The position numbers and the translations under genes are program-made. From assembly GCF_000007005.1 (NCBI RefSeq), contig NC_002754.1: 64,000 nucleotides of DNA; one strand, 5' to 3'. This DNA comes from Saccharolobus solfataricus P2 (GTDB lineage: Archaea > Thermoproteota > Thermoprotei_A > Sulfolobales > Sulfolobaceae). The first letter of the stretch is position 1; each line of letters begins with the position of its first letter. Positions 12,108 to 25,428 of this stretch are shown one piece after another. Below the pieces are notes generated by a model. It was not told the origin of the DNA and did not search any database. It saw nothing but the letters and a program-made list of their open reading frames with translations.

Positions 12108-13385
12108 ATGGTAAAAGAAGACGAGATTTTGCCTAAATATTGGTACAATATAATCCCTGATCTACCTAAACCCTTGCCTCCACCAAGGGATCCACAAGGT
12201 GCCTATTTCTCGAGAATCGATTTATTAAGAAGTATACTACCCAAGGAGGTATTAAGACAACAATTCACAATAGAAAGGTATATAAAGATCCCTGAGGAAG
12301 TAAGAGATAGATATTTATCGATAGGAAGACCAACTCCATTATTTAGGGCTAAAAGGTTAGAAGAGTACTTAAAGACACCAGCAAGAATTTACTTTAAATA
12401 TGAAGGTGCTACACCTACTGGATCTCATAAGATAAATACAGCAATTCCTCAAGCGTATTTTGCAAAAGAAGAGGGAATTGAACACGTAGTTACTGAAACT
12501 GGAGCTGGTCAATGGGGAACTGCAGTCGCACTTGCAGCTAGTATGTATAATATGAAAAGTACTATATTCATGGTAAAGGTAAGTTATGAACAAAAACCGA
12601 TGAGAAGGAGTATAATGCAATTATATGGGGCTAATGTTTACGCAAGCCCCACAAACTTAACTGAATACGGTAGGAAGATATTAGAGACAAACCCACAGCA
12701 TCCAGGATCATTAGGTATAGCAATGAGCGAGGCAATAGAGTATGCTCTTAAGAACGAATTTAGATATTTAGTAGGTAGCGTTTTAGATGTAGTACTTTTG
12801 CATCAGAGTGTTATTGGTCAAGAGACTATTACTCAATTGGATTTGTTAGGAGAAGACGCTGATATCCTAATTGGATGTGTAGGAGGTGGGAGCAATTTTG
12901 GCGGTTTCACATACCCCTTTATCGGAAATAAGAAAGGCAAGCGTTATATTGCAGTAAGTTCTGCAGAAATTCCAAAGTTTAGTAAAGGTGAATATAAATA
13001 CGATTTTCCAGACTCTGCTGGATTATTACCTTTAGTGAAAATGATAACTTTAGGTAAAGATTACGTTCCGCCACCAATATACGCAGGCGGGTTAAGATAT
13101 CATGGTGTAGCACCAACATTAAGTTTGTTAACAAAGGAGGGTATTGTGGAATGGAGAGAATACAATGAAAGGGAGATTTTCGAAGCTGCTAAGATATTTA
13201 TCGAGAACCAAGGTATTGTACCAGCCCCAGAATCAGCTCATGCAATAAGGGCAGTAGTTGATGAAGCTATAGAGGCAAGAAAGAATAATGAGCGAAAGGT
13301 CATCGTCTTTAATCTAAGTGGACATGGATTGTTAGATCTGTCAAATTACGAATCCATGATGAAAAGGTTGAATGGAAATGGGTAA
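12108..13385 (+). CDS. trpB: Tryptophan synthase beta chain, TrpB2 type
   Basis: [11 protein letters not shown] Lys, [22 protein letters not shown]. Confidence 0.96.
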
Positions 13386-14109
13386 GATGCTTGTAGTCTA
13401 TATGACGTTAGGTTATCCAAATGTTCAAAGTTTTAAGGATTTTATTATTGGGGCAGTTGAAAATGGAGCTGATATATTAGAGCTTGGAATCCCCCCTAAG
13501 TATGCTAAGTATGATGGTCCAGTTATAAGGAAGAGTTATGATAAAGTAAAAGGGCTAGATATTTGGCCCTTAATAGAAGATATTAGGAAAGATGTGGGTG
13601 TTCCCATAATTGCACTTACTTATTTAGAAGATTGGGTTGATCAGCTAGAGAATTTTCTAAATATGATAAAAGACGTCAAACTGGACGGAATTCTATTTCC
13701 AGATTTACTTATTGATTATATAGATGATTTGGATAAAATTGATGGGATAATAAAAAATAAAGGATTAAAAAACGTTATTTTTACATCTCCTTCAGTACCA
13801 GATCTTCTAATCCACAAAGTCTCTAAGATTAGCGATTTATTCTTATATTATGGTGTCAGACCAACTACTGGCGTACCTATACCAGTATCAGTTAAGCAAT
13901 TGATTAATAGAGTTAGAAATCTAGTTGAGAATAAGCTAATAGTAGGATTTGGCTTATCAAGCGAGTCAGATTTAAGAGATGCTCTAAGTGCTGGTGCTGA
14001 CGGAATAGCAATTGGAACTGTGTTCATAGAGGAAATTGAGAGGAATGGTGTAAAATCTGCAATAAATTTAGTTAAAAAATTTAGGGCGATATTAGATGAA
14101 TATAAATGA
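13372..14109 (+). CDS. trpA: Tryptophan synthase alpha chain
   Basis: [30 protein letters not shown]. Confidence 0.94.
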
Positions 14110-15133
14110 GATTCTTAAAAAACTCATAAATAAATCAGATTTAGAAATTAATGAGGCTGAAGAATTAGCTAAAGCTATAATTAGAGGAGAAGTTCCAGAG
14201 ATTTTAGTATCAGCAATTTTAGTAGCATTAAGAATGAAAGGTGAAAGTAAAAATGAAATAGTAGGTTTTGCTAGAGCAATGAGAGAATTAGCGATCAAAA
14301 TAGACGTGCCCAACGCAATAGACACAGCTGGTACAGGTGGCGACGGATTAGGGACAGTAAACGTTAGTACCGCATCAGCTATCTTATTGAGTTTAGTTAA
14401 TCCAGTTGCCAAACATGGTAATAGGGCAGTAAGTGGTAAAAGCGGTAGCGCTGATGTTCTTGAGGCTTTAGGCTATAATATTATAGTTCCTCCAGAAAGG
14501 GCAAAAGAACTAGTCAATAAAACGAATTTCGTTTTCCTCTTTGCACAATACTATCATCCTGCAATGAAGAACGTTGCCAATGTAAGAAAAACTTTGGGGA
14601 TCAGGACTATTTTCAATATTCTAGGTCCATTGACTAATCCAGCTAATGCGAAGTATCAGTTAATGGGAGTATTTTCGAAAGATCACTTAGATTTACTGTC
14701 AAAAAGTGCATATGAATTAGATTTCAATAAAATAATTTTGGTATATGGAGAGCCGGGTATAGATGAGGTAAGTCCAATAGGAAATACTTTCATGAAAATA
14801 GTAAGTAAGCGCGGTATAGAGGAAGTCAAGTTAAATGTAACTGATTTCGGCATATCACCGATTCCAATAGAAAAGTTAATAGTAAATTCTGCGGAGGATT
14901 CCGCAATAAAAATAGTTAGAGCATTTCTGGGTAAAGATGAACACGTGGCTGAATTCATTAAAATTAACACAGCAGTTGCGCTTTTTGCATTAGATAGAGT
15001 AGGCGATTTTAGAGAAGGTTATGAGTATGCTGATCATTTGATAGAAAAATCCTTGGATAAATTAAATGAGATAATCTCAATGAATGGTGATGTAACTAAA
15101 CTGAAAACGATAGTGGTGAAAAGTAGTGGTTAA
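14096..15133 (+). CDS. trpD: Anthranilate phosphoribosyltransferase
   Basis: [34 protein letters not shown]. Confidence 0.97.
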   Translation: MNINEILKKLINKSDLEINEAEELAKAIIRGEVPEILVSAILVALRMKGESKNEIVGFARAMRELAIKIDVPNAIDTAGTGGDGLGTVNVSTASAILLSLVNPVAKHGNRAVSGKSGSADVLEALGYNIIVPPERAKELVNKTNFVFLFAQYYHPAMKNVANVRKTLGIRTIFNILGPLTNPANAKYQLMGVFSKDHLDLLSKSAYELDFNKIILVYGEPGIDEVSPIGNTFMKIVSKRGIEEVKLNVTDFGISPIPIEKLIVNSAEDSAIKIVRAFLGKDEHVAEFIKINTAVALFALDRVGDFREGYEYADHLIEKSLDKLNEIISMNGDVTKLKTIVVKSSG

Positions 15134-15740
15134 ACTAAAAATTTGTGGTAACGCAACGTTATCAGATATTATAGAGTTCTCAAAACTTGATGTAGATTAT
15201 CTAGGAATAATAACCGATGTCGTAAGTCAAAGATTCGTAAAAAGCGAGTTCCTAACTTTTGTTAAAAGATATGTTGAAAAACCAATAGTTAATGTGAAAG
15301 TCAATGTCCAAATTAGTGAAATAGAGAGAGAATTATTAGTATCAGATTATTTTCAGATACATAGAGTATTAGACGATTCAGAATTAGAATTGCTTAAATC
15401 ATATGATTTTAGAAAAAGAATTATATTATATGTGCCAGCCTCCTTCGAGTATAAGAAATACCTAGAAAGGGCCATAGATACTGTAGATATGGTGTTAGTA
15501 GACTCTGTAAAGAAAGGGGTAGGCGTCGATTATAATGTTGTATCGAGTTTCCTTAAGGATTACCCTTACCTAGGTGTAGGTGGAAAAATAAGTATAGATA
15601 ATATTTCTAACTTTATTGACTTAAATCCTGCATGGCTTGATATTTCCAGTAGTATAGAGATCTATCCTGGTAAAAAAGATATTAACATGGTGAAAAAAAT
15701 AGTCGAGGTGGTAAAATATGGAAGTTCATCCAATAAGTGA
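15126..15740 (+). CDS. trpF: Phosphoribosylanthranilate isomerase
   Basis: KICG start, QIH, DISSSIE; operon position. Confidence 0.9.
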   Translation: MVKLKICGNATLSDIIEFSKLDVDYLGIITDVVSQRFVKSEFLTFVKRYVEKPIVNVKVNVQISEIERELLVSDYFQIHRVLDDSELELLKSYDFRKRIILYVPASFEYKKYLERAIDTVDMVLVDSVKKGVGVDYNVVSSFLKDYPYLGVGGKISIDNISNFIDLNPAWLDISSSIEIYPGKKDINMVKKIVEVVKYGSSSNK

Positions 15741-16983
15741 ATTTGCCTCACCATTCGAAGTATTTAAGTGTATAGAGAGAGACTTTAAAGTAGCTGGATT
15801 ACTAGAGAGCATAGGTGGCCCTCAATATAAGGCGAGATATAGTGTGATAGCTTGGTCAACTAATGGGTATCTGAAAATTCATGACGACCCTGTAAATATT
15901 CTTAATGGTTATTTGAAAGATTTGAAATTAGCAGATATACCGGGGTTATTCAAAGGAGGTATGATAGGATACATAAGTTACGATGCAGTAAGATTTTGGG
16001 AGAAAATAAGAGACTTAAAGCCAGCAGCTGAAGATTGGCCTTATGCGGAATTCTTTACTCCAGATAACATCATAATCTATGATCATAATGAGGGCAAAGT
16101 ATACGTTAATGCTGATTTAAGCTCTGTAGGGGGATGTGGTGATATAGGGGAGTTTAAAGTAAGCTTTTACGATGAGTCTCTTAATAAGAACAGTTATGAG
16201 AGGATTGTTTCCGAATCATTAGAGTATATAAGATCTGGTTACATATTTCAAGTTGTATTGTCTAGATTTTACAGATATATATTTAGTGGAGATCCATTAA
16301 GAATATATTATAATCTAAGGAGAATAAATCCATCCCCTTACATGTTTTATCTCAAATTTGATGAAAAATACTTAATAGGATCTAGTCCGGAATTACTGTT
16401 CAGAGTTCAAGATAATATAGTTGAAACCTATCCCATAGCTGGCACTAGACCTAGGGGCGCTGATCAAGAGGAAGATCTTAAATTGGAATTGGAATTAATG
16501 AACTCAGAAAAGGATAAAGCTGAGCACTTAATGCTGGTTGATTTGGCTAGAAATGATCTAGGTAAAGTATGCGTTCCAGGGACTGTAAAAGTACCAGAAT
16601 TAATGTATGTCGAGAAGTATAGCCATGTCCAACACATAGTATCAAAAGTGATTGGGACCTTAAAGAAGAAGTATAACGCGTTAAACGTTTTATCGGCTAC
16701 ATTCCCAGCAGGTACAGTAAGCGGAGCACCTAAACCAATGGCAATGAATATAATTGAAACGTTAGAGGAGTATAAAAGGGGTCCTTATGCAGGTGCTGTA
16801 GGTTTTATCTCAGCTGATGGTAACGCAGAGTTCGCAATAGCGATAAGAACTGCATTTCTAAACAAAGAGTTATTACGAATACATGCCGGTGCTGGTATAG
16901 TATATGACTCTAATCCAGAATCTGAATATTTCGAAACTGAACATAAACTAAAAGCACTAAAAACAGCAATAGGGGTGAGGTAA
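15718..16983 (+). CDS. trpE: Anthranilate synthase component I
   Basis: [44 protein letters not shown]. Confidence 0.97.
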   Translation: MEVHPISEFASPFEVFKCIERDFKVAGLLESIGGPQYKARYSVIAWSTNGYLKIHDDPVNILNGYLKDLKLADIPGLFKGGMIGYISYDAVRFWEKIRDLKPAAEDWPYAEFFTPDNIIIYDHNEGKVYVNADLSSVGGCGDIGEFKVSFYDESLNKNSYERIVSESLEYIRSGYIFQVVLSRFYRYIFSGDPLRIYYNLRRINPSPYMFYLKFDEKYLIGSSPELLFRVQDNIVETYPIAGTRPRGADQEEDLKLELELMNSEKDKAEHLMLVDLARNDLGKVCVPGTVKVPELMYVEKYSHVQHIVSKVIGTLKKKYNALNVLSATFPAGTVSGAPKPMAMNIIETLEEYKRGPYAGAVGFISADGNAEFAIAIRTAFLNKELLRIHAGAGIVYDSNPESEYFETEHKLKALKTAIGVR

Positions 16984-17571
16984 ATGGATCTGACCTTGAT
17001 AATAGACAACTACGATAGTTTTGTTTACAATATAGCCCAAATAGTAGGAGAACTAGGGAGTTATCCAATAGTTATCAGAAATGACGAAATAAGCATAAAG
17101 GGAATAGAGAGAATAGACCCAGATAGGATTATAATCTCACCAGGACCAGGGACACCAGAAAAACGAGAAGACATAGGAGTATCATTGGATGTGATTAAAT
17201 ACCTAGGCAAAAGGACTCCAATATTAGGAGTTTGTCTAGGTCACCAAGCTATAGGTTATGCATTTGGAGCTAAGATAAGAAGAGCTAGGAAAGTATTTCA
17301 TGGAAAAATAAGTAACATAATTCTAGTAAACAACTCTCCGCTTTCACTATATTACGGCATTGCTAAGGAGTTTAAAGCTACCAGATATCATAGTCTTGTT
17401 GTAGATGAGGTTCATAGACCTCTAATTGTCGACGCAATATCCGCTGAAGATAATGAAATAATGGCTATACATCATGAAGAATATCCAATATATGGTGTCC
17501 AATTTCATCCAGAGAGTGTTGGAACCTCATTGGGCTATAAGATACTTTATAATTTCTTGAATAGAGTATAA
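16984..17571 (+). CDS. trpG: Anthranilate synthase component II (glutamine amidotransferase)
   Basis: [27 protein letters not shown]. Confidence 0.97.
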   Translation: MDLTLIIDNYDSFVYNIAQIVGELGSYPIVIRNDEISIKGIERIDPDRIIISPGPGTPEKREDIGVSLDVIKYLGKRTPILGVCLGHQAIGYAFGAKIRRARKVFHGKISNIILVNNSPLSLYYGIAKEFKATRYHSLVVDEVHRPLIVDAISAEDNEIMAIHHEEYPIYGVQFHPESVGTSLGYKILYNFLNRV

Positions 17572-18321
<750 letters not shown>

Positions 18322-18339
18322 CGTTCTTCATATACACTT

Positions 18340-19548
18340 GTGGTCTCGCTACTAGACTTTAACGGAAATATGTCACAAGTTACTGGAGAGACTACCTTAT
18401 TGTATAAGGAAATTGCTAGAAACGTAGAAAAGACTAAGAAGATTAAAATTATCGACTTTGGGATAGGACAACCAGATTTACCTACATTTAAACGTATAAG
18501 AGATGCCGCAAAGGAGGCGCTAGATCAAGGTTTTACTTTCTACACTTCGGCATTCGGTATTGATGAATTAAGGGAAAAAATAGCTCAATACCTAAATACT
18601 AGATACGGTACTGACGTAAAGAAGGAGGAAGTGATAGTAACACCTGGTGCTAAGCCTGCGCTTTTCTTAGTCTTTATATTATATATTAATCCAAGTGACG
18701 AGGTAATACTCCCAGATCCCTCCTTCTATTCTTACGCTGAGGTTGTTAAGTTACTAGGAGGAAAGCCAATATATGCCAATTTAAAGTGGAGCAGAGAAGA
18801 AGGGTTCTCAATAGATGTAGACGACCTACAATCTAAAATATCGAAAAGAACCAAAATGATAGTATTCAATAATCCTCATAATCCGACTGGTACTCTATTC
18901 TCTCCTAATGATGTTAAGAAAATTGTGGATATAAGTAGGGATAATAAAATTATCTTACTATCTGACGAGATTTATGATAATTTTGTATATGAAGGTAAGA
19001 TGAGAAGTACTCTTGAAGACTCAGATTGGAGAGATTTCTTAATTTACGTTAATGGATTTAGTAAAACTTTCTCGATGACTGGATGGAGATTAGGTTATAT
19101 TGTAGCGAAGCGTGAAATTATCCAGAAAATGGGAATTTTGGCTGCTAACGTATACACTGCTCCTACAAGTTTTGTACAAAAAGCCGCAGTAAAGGCCTTT
19201 GATACTTTCGACGAAGTTAACCAAATGGTCAGCCTATTTAAGAAGAGGAGAGACGTAATGTATGATGAACTTACTAAGGTCAAAGGAGTTGAAGTATCTA
19301 AACCAAATGGAGCATTCTATATGTTCCCAAATGTTAGTAAGATACTTAAAACAAGTGGATTTGACGTCAAGTCACTTGCCATAAAGCTAATTGAAGAAAA
19401 AGGCGTAGTTACAATACCTGGTGAAGTTTTCCCATTAAATATAGGTAAGGAGTTTTTAAGATTAAGTTTTGCTGTGAACGAAGAAGTTATTAAAGAGGGC
19501 ATACAAAAAATTAGAGAGTTCGCGGAACAGATGATGAATTCCCGATAG
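18340..19548 (+). CDS. aspC: Aspartate aminotransferase (class I/II PLP enzyme)
   Basis: [27 protein letters not shown]. Confidence 0.93.
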
Positions 19549-19584
19549 TACGATTGATGAGCTAAACTCCCATGGACTGATTAG
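19528..19584 (+). ncRNA. sR1: Box C/D sRNA, sR1 type (16S rRNA Um33/Um52 guide)
   Basis: C ATGATGA 19531-37, D' ACGA 19550-53, C' TGATGA 19555-60, D CTGA 19577-80. Guides TTCCCGATAGT and ACTCCCATGG are complementary to the Sulfolobus 16S 5' segments GCUAUCGGGG and CCAUGGGAGU (rRNA sequence recalled, not in window). Confidence 0.92.
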
Positions 19585-22012
19585 CAGTTTTAATTTCCAC
19601 TTTTTCTTCATTCGATTCTATTAGTTCAAGATTAGTTACCTTTAATGTCTTCATTACGTCATCTTTCACTTCATTAATTAATTCAATAACTTGCTTAGAA
19701 GCGTACAATTTTACACTAACTGGAGTATTCATTGATAATCTATTCTTTATCTTCTCTGATCTTATGAGCGAGTTCGTTTTCTTTATTACTTCTCCAAGTT
19801 CATCTATTCTTTTATTCTCCTCAATATCATCTACTTTTGGTAATTCTTCTAGGAGAACACTCTTCTTGTGGCCAAATAGCCTTGAGTAAATTTCCTCTGT
19901 TATATGAGGTGCGATAGGATGAAGCAATATGATTATATCTCTTATTATTCTCTGTATAGTATATTTTGCAGAGTTATCGTCATCAAATAACCTATGCTTT
20001 ATCATTTCCAAATACTCGTCAGCTACGATCTCCCAGAAATAGTTATATAGCTCTTGAAGTACTAAATAAAAGTCGTAATTCTCATATGCATTTATTGCTT
20101 TAGTTACGAATTTCTTATGTTCTTGTAAGATCCATTTGTCTACTATATGTAGGCTTTTAGGTTTATCAAGTCTTTGTTTTGCTATGAAAGGGTAGACTAG
20201 TCTACTTGCATTCCATAATTTTTGCAATAACATCTTCTTTCCTTTCACTATATCCCATTTAAATGGAAAATCGTCACCAATACTTGCGTCTAGAAGAGCC
20301 ATTCTAATCGCATCTGCTCCAAAATCATTAACTCTATCTAATGGTGATACTACATTTCCCTTACTTTTACTCATTCTAGTTCCATCTGGTCCAAGGACTT
20401 GACCATTAACAAGAACTGTAGTAAAAGGTACATTATTAGCTAACATTAAAGTCCTAAAGAAGGTATAGAATAACCAAGTTCTAATTATATCAGTACCTTG
20501 AAGTCTAAGTGATGCTGGGAAAGTCCTATTGAAAACGTTTTTATCTTCATAGAACTTGGTTAGGTAAAGGACTGTTACGCTAGAGTCTATCCACACGTCT
20601 GCAACATCGGTAACTGGTTTAAGTTCTGATCCGCATAATGGACATTTCTCTAATGGCGGGCTAGTTTTGATAGGATCTATTGGCAAGTCCTCTTCTTTAG
20701 CTGGTACTAAATGCCCATTTTCGCAGTACCAAAACGGTAATGGCGTACCATAAATCCTTTGCCTAGTTATATTCCAATCCCACTCTATACTCTTTATCCA
20801 ATCCTCGAGATAATAGGACATTCTAGCCGGTTTAAATTTCATCTTTTTATATTCTTCTAATAATTTTTGCTTCTTATCTAAAACTTTAATGTATATTTGC
20901 TTTTTAACTAAGAATTCTACTGGAGATAGACAATCACTTCTCTCAACGTGTGATAGTACATTGTGCTTTATCTTCTCTACTTTAACAAGGTATCCTTTAG
21001 TCTTTAGGAGTTCTATCATTTTATTTCTAGCTTGTTCAATTTTCAATCCATCAAGTATTCCATTTGTATTTATTATCCTTCCTTTTTCGTCAACTATAAC
21101 CTTAATCGGTAAGTTGTATTTCAATTGCCACTTTATATCTTGGGGATCGCCATAAGTACTTATCATTACTGCTCCGGTTCCGAATTCCTTTTCCACATCC
21201 GCGTCAGATATTATTTTGACCTCGATATTAAATATTGGTACCAATGCTATTTTTCCTACTAAATTCTTATATCTTTCATCCATTGGATTTACGGCGATAG
21301 CTTGTGTAGCAGCTAGTAATTCAGGTCTGGTAGTCGCTATTACTATTTCTCCTCCTTCTTTTAATGGAAATTTTATATAGGCAAGAATTCCCTCCTTCTC
21401 TAAGTAACCTACTTCACTTTGTGCTAATGCAGTCTCACACTTAGGGCACCAAATTACTGGGCCTTCTCTCATCTCAATTAAATTCATTTTATACATGTCA
21501 ATAAGACTTTTCTGGATAATTTTTCTATATTTTGGCTCATATGTCTTATATTCAAATCTTTCCCATTCTGGCCTATAACCTAGTCTAATCATTGCCTCCT
21601 TCATTTTCTTAATCATTTCTTCTGTCCATTCTATACATTTCTGGAGAAATAGTTGCCTATTATCTTTCGGGATTCCTAACTTATATTGCACTTTTAGTTC
21701 AGTAGGTAAACCTTGTGTGTCCCATCCTTGAGGTAATAGTACATTATATCCTTCTAATCTCTTAAACCTACCTATAGTATCAGCTATTGTAACCCAATAC
21801 GCGTGCCCCATATGAAGTTCTCCGCTAGTAAAAGGGGGAGGAGTATCAATAACAAATCTTGGTGCTTTATCGTCCTCATCTCTGAATCTAAATACGTCTC
21901 TCCAATATTCCTCACTTAGCCATATCTTTTGCCATTTTTCCTCAATTTCCTTAGGGTTATAGTGTTTTGGCCACTCTTCCATCTTCTTTAAAATTTCATC
22001 TTGGTTTAACAA
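19562..22012 (-). CDS. valS: Valyl-tRNA synthetase (start taken at TTG 22012 after GGTGG; track start 22090 overlaps the next gene)
   Basis: [30 protein letters not shown]. Confidence 0.97.
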   Translation of the reverse strand: MLNQDEILKKMEEWPKHYNPKEIEEKWQKIWLSEEYWRDVFRFRDEDDKAPRFVIDTPPPFTSGELHMGHAYWVTIADTIGRFKRLEGYNVLLPQGWDTQGLPTELKVQYKLGIPKDNRQLFLQKCIEWTEEMIKKMKEAMIRLGYRPEWERFEYKTYEPKYRKIIQKSLIDMYKMNLIEMREGPVIWCPKCETALAQSEVGYLEKEGILAYIKFPLKEGGEIVIATTRPELLAATQAIAVNPMDERYKNLVGKIALVPIFNIEVKIISDADVEKEFGTGAVMISTYGDPQDIKWQLKYNLPIKVIVDEKGRIINTNGILDGLKIEQARNKMIELLKTKGYLVKVEKIKHNVLSHVERSDCLSPVEFLVKKQIYIKVLDKKQKLLEEYKKMKFKPARMSYYLEDWIKSIEWDWNITRQRIYGTPLPFWYCENGHLVPAKEEDLPIDPIKTSPPLEKCPLCGSELKPVTDVADVWIDSSVTVLYLTKFYEDKNVFNRTFPASLRLQGTDIIRTWLFYTFFRTLMLANNVPFTTVLVNGQVLGPDGTRMSKSKGNVVSPLDRVNDFGADAIRMALLDASIGDDFPFKWDIVKGKKMLLQKLWNASRLVYPFIAKQRLDKPKSLHIVDKWILQEHKKFVTKAINAYENYDFYLVLQELYNYFWEIVADEYLEMIKHRLFDDDNSAKYTIQRIIRDIIILLHPIAPHITEEIYSRLFGHKKSVLLEELPKVDDIEENKRIDELGEVIKKTNSLIRSEKIKNRLSMNTPVSVKLYASKQVIELINEVKDDVMKTLKVTNLELIESNEEKVEIKTANQSMGV

Positions 22013-22077
22013 TAATTGACCACCTATACAGACGTTTTTATATAAATATAAATTCGAATAGCTTATAAAATTTCGTA

Positions 22078-23073
22078 ATGAGAATAGCAATTCTGGGAGG
22101 GGGAGTCGCAGGTTCTACGTTAGCGTACTTACTCTCAAGGATTAACTATGAAGTCACAATCTTTGATATTAATCAACATTACGTTAAACCGTGTGGAGAT
22201 ATAGTCCCAAACATCTATACTCCTCCCTTTAATTGGAAGGAAACTTTTGGTATAAGGAGATTCTCCTTTTATATAGATGGCGAAAAAATTTATGACGTTG
22301 AATATAGACATACTAAGTGGCTAGTTATTGATAAATGGAAGTGGATAAACGATATGCGAAAAAGTTCAAAAGTAATAGTAACCCATGATAATAACGCTAA
22401 AGAATTTGATTACGTAATAGATAGTAGAGGGCCTTATCCAATGGATAGAGAGGTAGTTTATACTACTAGAGCTATAATAGAAACTGAGGAGTTTGACGAT
22501 GAGGCTATATTGGAATTTAATACCCGTTATACCGGTTTTTATTGGATATTTCCTAGCAAAGAAAACGAATATAATATCGGAGCTGGTTTTTTGGAATACA
22601 AGAATTCGAAAGAATTGCTTAATTATTATTTAAGGAAGAGGTTTAAGAATTTCGAAGTTAAGGATATCAGAGGAGCCCCTATTAGTATTGGGAGTGTTAA
22701 AAATAAGAAGTTAAGGATAGGGGAGGCAAGAGGACTTGTCTTCCCACTGAGCGGTGAGGGAATAAGGCCATCAGCTATCTCAGCTGAGTATGCCTTTGAG
22801 GCTATACATAAAGAAAAAGATCTGGATGGGTTTCTTAACGAGAAGCTCAGTATTATAGAGAAAAGAATTAAAATTCAAAAAATGCTACTAGATTTATACA
22901 GATATTCTAGTTTAAATTTAAGAAAGACTTTTATGAGAATATTCTTTAAGAATGAAGTTCTCATAGATACATACTTAGAGGATAAGATGGATTTGAATGG
23001 AATAATTGAGTCCTTAAAGAGTGTGAGAGCGAATGGAGGTATTATTAGAAAATTCGAAGAGCAAGAAAGGTAA
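22078..23073 (+). CDS. FAD-dependent oxidoreductase, geranylgeranyl reductase family
   Basis: GGGVAG Rossmann motif, [25 protein letters not shown]. Confidence 0.85.
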   Translation: MRIAILGGGVAGSTLAYLLSRINYEVTIFDINQHYVKPCGDIVPNIYTPPFNWKETFGIRRFSFYIDGEKIYDVEYRHTKWLVIDKWKWINDMRKSSKVIVTHDNNAKEFDYVIDSRGPYPMDREVVYTTRAIIETEEFDDEAILEFNTRYTGFYWIFPSKENEYNIGAGFLEYKNSKELLNYYLRKRFKNFEVKDIRGAPISIGSVKNKKLRIGEARGLVFPLSGEGIRPSAISAEYAFEAIHKEKDLDGFLNEKLSIIEKRIKIQKMLLDLYRYSSLNLRKTFMRIFFKNEVLIDTYLEDKMDLNGIIESLKSVRANGGIIRKFEEQER

Positions 23074-23422
23074 GCACGTAGTAAGAACCTTTTTATTCAA
23101 GGTAGACTCAAATGGATCAATACAACAGATAGAATTGCCAGGGAAACCAGTAAGACCCACATATAAGGTAGGTGAGGCAAAGATTGTAAACATCCCAAAT
23201 AAAGGTGTCTACGTTTATCTTTTTCTTTTAAGGAATATATATGGACGTGTAATGGGTAGGATAATTGTAATTAATGATGGGAAAACGGTACTAGTAATGA
23301 AGTATAGAAAGTTAAAGTTAAAGCTAATAGATGGTGATGATAAACACGTAGTAATTGTAAAAAGAATTTTCGAACAACTTAAAATTCCGGTTAAGAAAAT
23401 AAATATTAACAAGAAGAAGTGA
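23033..23422 (+). CDS. Hypothetical basic 129-aa protein
   Basis: Lys-rich ORF overlapping both neighbours in operon fashion. Confidence 0.75.
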   Translation: MEVLLENSKSKKGKHVVRTFLFKVDSNGSIQQIELPGKPVRPTYKVGEAKIVNIPNKGVYVYLFLLRNIYGRVMGRIIVINDGKTVLVMKYRKLKLKLIDGDDKHVVIVKRIFEQLKIPVKKININKKK

Positions 23423-23742
23423 GAAAAATGTTTGAAGTAGGATTTAAGGTTTTAGCTGAAGATCCTTTTAGAATAAAATACTTGTCACAATCTATTAATG
23501 ACGTATTTAAGGATTTGTGTGAGCCGGTAAAAATAGGAGCGTCATACATTTGCGCTCCCAATCAAGATACTCTACTCTTGATCTACTTCAGTTCTCAGCT
23601 TTCAAAAGATATGAATGCGTCACTTAAGATAATGTCGAACAATGCAACATATGTTGTTGAGATTATGAGAGAAGTTAATAGTAGATTAAGGTCACAAGGT
23701 TTTTATATAACCATCTCGGAAACCTCTAGTACTTCATTATAA
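23419..23742 (+). CDS. Hypothetical 107-aa protein
   Basis: GTGA start/stop overlap with the upstream gene. Confidence 0.7.
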   Translation: MRKMFEVGFKVLAEDPFRIKYLSQSINDVFKDLCEPVKIGASYICAPNQDTLLLIYFSSQLSKDMNASLKIMSNNATYVVEIMREVNSRLRSQGFYITISETSSTSL

Positions 23743-24017
23743 AGGTTTAGAAGCAAATCCTCATATATATTCTTAGTAGTAATTTCAACTATCGCATTAC
23801 AAATATAGGATGAAATTTTAGTGTTACATATTATTAATTTTCTCAATATTCCATTCTTTATCTCCTTATTTACATCCATATATATTACTCTTTCTTCATC
23901 TTTTGCACGTTTATTTACCTTTATCTCCTTATTTACATCCATATATATAATTACTCTTTCATTCTCATAAATTACAGAAAAATTTAGACCATTTATGTTG
24001 TAATTTGTTACTATCAT
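23703..24017 (-). CDS. Hypothetical 104-aa protein with an internal duplication
   Basis: ATGA overlap with the upstream zinc-ribbon gene; ERVI(I)YMDVNKEIK occurs twice. Confidence 0.7.
   Translation of the reverse strand: MIVTNYNINGLNFSVIYENERVIIYMDVNKEIKVNKRAKDEERVIYMDVNKEIKNGILRKLIICNTKISSYICNAIVEITTKNIYEDLLLNLYNEVLEVSEMVI
23856..23960. repeat. Direct repeat, 39 nt (23856-23894) and 42 nt (23919-23960)
   Basis: CTTTATCTCCTTATTTACATCCATATATA(TAA)TTACTCTTTC-type unit twice, 63 nt apart, differing by a 3-nt indel. Confidence 0.95.
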
Positions 24018-24232
24018 AAAATTGGTACCAACTCAGTTCCACAGTATGGGCATTTCCCCTTTAATCCTCTCTTATCTGCTTCGCAGAAATAAGCTGAATA
24101 CTTCTTTTCACATTTTGGACATTTGTAGAGGATGTCTGTGCCTATTATTAGTTTCCTATTGCATATTCTGCAATATACTGTTAGCCATCCTAAATGTCCA
24201 TACGCGTTTGAGCCTCTATTTTTAATACTCAT
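24014..24232 (-). CDS. Small zinc-ribbon protein
   Basis: CRIC, CPKC, CEAD, CPYCG. Confidence 0.8.
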   Translation of the reverse strand: MSIKNRGSNAYGHLGWLTVYCRICNRKLIIGTDILYKCPKCEKKYSAYFCEADKRGLKGKCPYCGTELVPIL

Positions 24233-24341
24233 CTTACATCCATTACCACTTCATACAAATTAACTTAAATTTTTATTCTCGACGTTATACCTTTGTCTAC
24301 TTTAAAAGACTTTATAGTCTAAGAAGAGGTGTATTTATTAG

Positions 24342-24863
24342 ATGAACTTAGCATCGTATTATAAGCTAGAACCTTTAAAAATAAACGATATAGTTGTACT
24401 TTATACTTTACGGAAGACCAAGGAAGCTGAGATTATAGACGGTATTCGTGATTTAGAATCAATAATTCCCGATGAGTCTAACGACGTTGTAATAATTGAG
24501 GGTGATAATGAGAAATATATCAATGGTAAATTCAAGTTAGACTTTCAATTCTCTCGCCCCTTAAATGTAATTTCTATAGGCGTTCCTCAAGTTGTAAATG
24601 GAGATCAGATTCAGATTACTTCAATAGACGTAAATATGGGCAATATCATTGGTGGAGTTCTGGTTAAAAGAGATTTAGCGTTCCTGATGTTCTATACCTA
24701 TGATGGTACTAAGATAATATCGATGTCAGATATTAATCCACCTATTCCTGAAAAGAAGGAAAGTGTAAAGAGGGTTAAAAAGAAGAGAAAGAGGAGTAAA
24801 AAGCGTGCTAAGAAGTCTAGTTCAAAATCCAAAAGTAAGAGCAAGAGTTCTGGAAAGAGTTGA
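24342..24863 (+). CDS. Hypothetical protein with a Lys/Arg/Ser-rich C-terminal tail
   Basis: GAGGTG SD upstream; tail [31 protein letters not shown]. Confidence 0.8.
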   Translation: MNLASYYKLEPLKINDIVVLYTLRKTKEAEIIDGIRDLESIIPDESNDVVIIEGDNEKYINGKFKLDFQFSRPLNVISIGVPQVVNGDQIQITSIDVNMGNIIGGVLVKRDLAFLMFYTYDGTKIISMSDINPPIPEKKESVKRVKKKRKRSKKRAKKSSSKSKSKSKSSGKS

Positions 24864-25428
24864 TGAATTTAGGTTAAATAATCTATCAAATGAGGAAGTA
24901 TGGTTTAGAGAACTCACGCTATGCTTGTTAACTGCCAACTCGTCTTTCATTTCGGCCTATCAAGCCCTAAACTGTTTGGGGCAAAAAATCTATTATGCCA
25001 ATGAGGAGGAAATCAGAAACATTCTTAAATCGTGTAAGTATAGATTTTATAATTTAAAAGCAAAATATATTATTATGGCTAGAGAGAAGGTTTATGGAAG
25101 GTTAAAAGAGGAGATAAAGCCTTTAGCGGATGAAGACCAACAATTGGCTAGGGAAAGGCTGCTAAATATAAAAGGAATAGGAATGAAAGAAGCCAGTCAT
25201 TTTCTTAGAAATGTTGGATATTTCGATCTTGCAATTATTGATAGACATATAATAGATTTTATGAGGAGAATAGGCGCAATAGGAGAAACTAACGTTAAAC
25301 AATTATCAAAAAGCCTCTATATATCTTTTGAGAATATTTTGAAAAGTATCGCTTCTAATTTAAATATGAGCGTCGGTATATTGGATTTGTTTATATGGTA
25401 CAAGGAGACCAATACTATAGTTAAGTAG
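24805..25428 (+). CDS. ogg: 8-oxoguanine DNA glycosylase/AP lyase (OGG2 family)
   Basis: [12 protein letters not shown], helix-hairpin-helix [29 protein letters not shown]. Confidence 0.95.
   Translation: MLRSLVQNPKVRARVLERVDEFRLNNLSNEEVWFRELTLCLLTANSSFISAYQALNCLGQKIYYANEEEIRNILKSCKYRFYNLKAKYIIMAREKVYGRLKEEIKPLADEDQQLARERLLNIKGIGMKEASHFLRNVGYFDLAIIDRHIIDFMRRIGAIGETNVKQLSKSLYISFENILKSIASNLNMSVGILDLFIWYKETNTIVK

Noticed and set aside
22013-22090. ORF-track N-terminal extension of valS
   Set aside because: Runs through the divergent promoter and into the next gene; an SD-supported TTG exists at 22012
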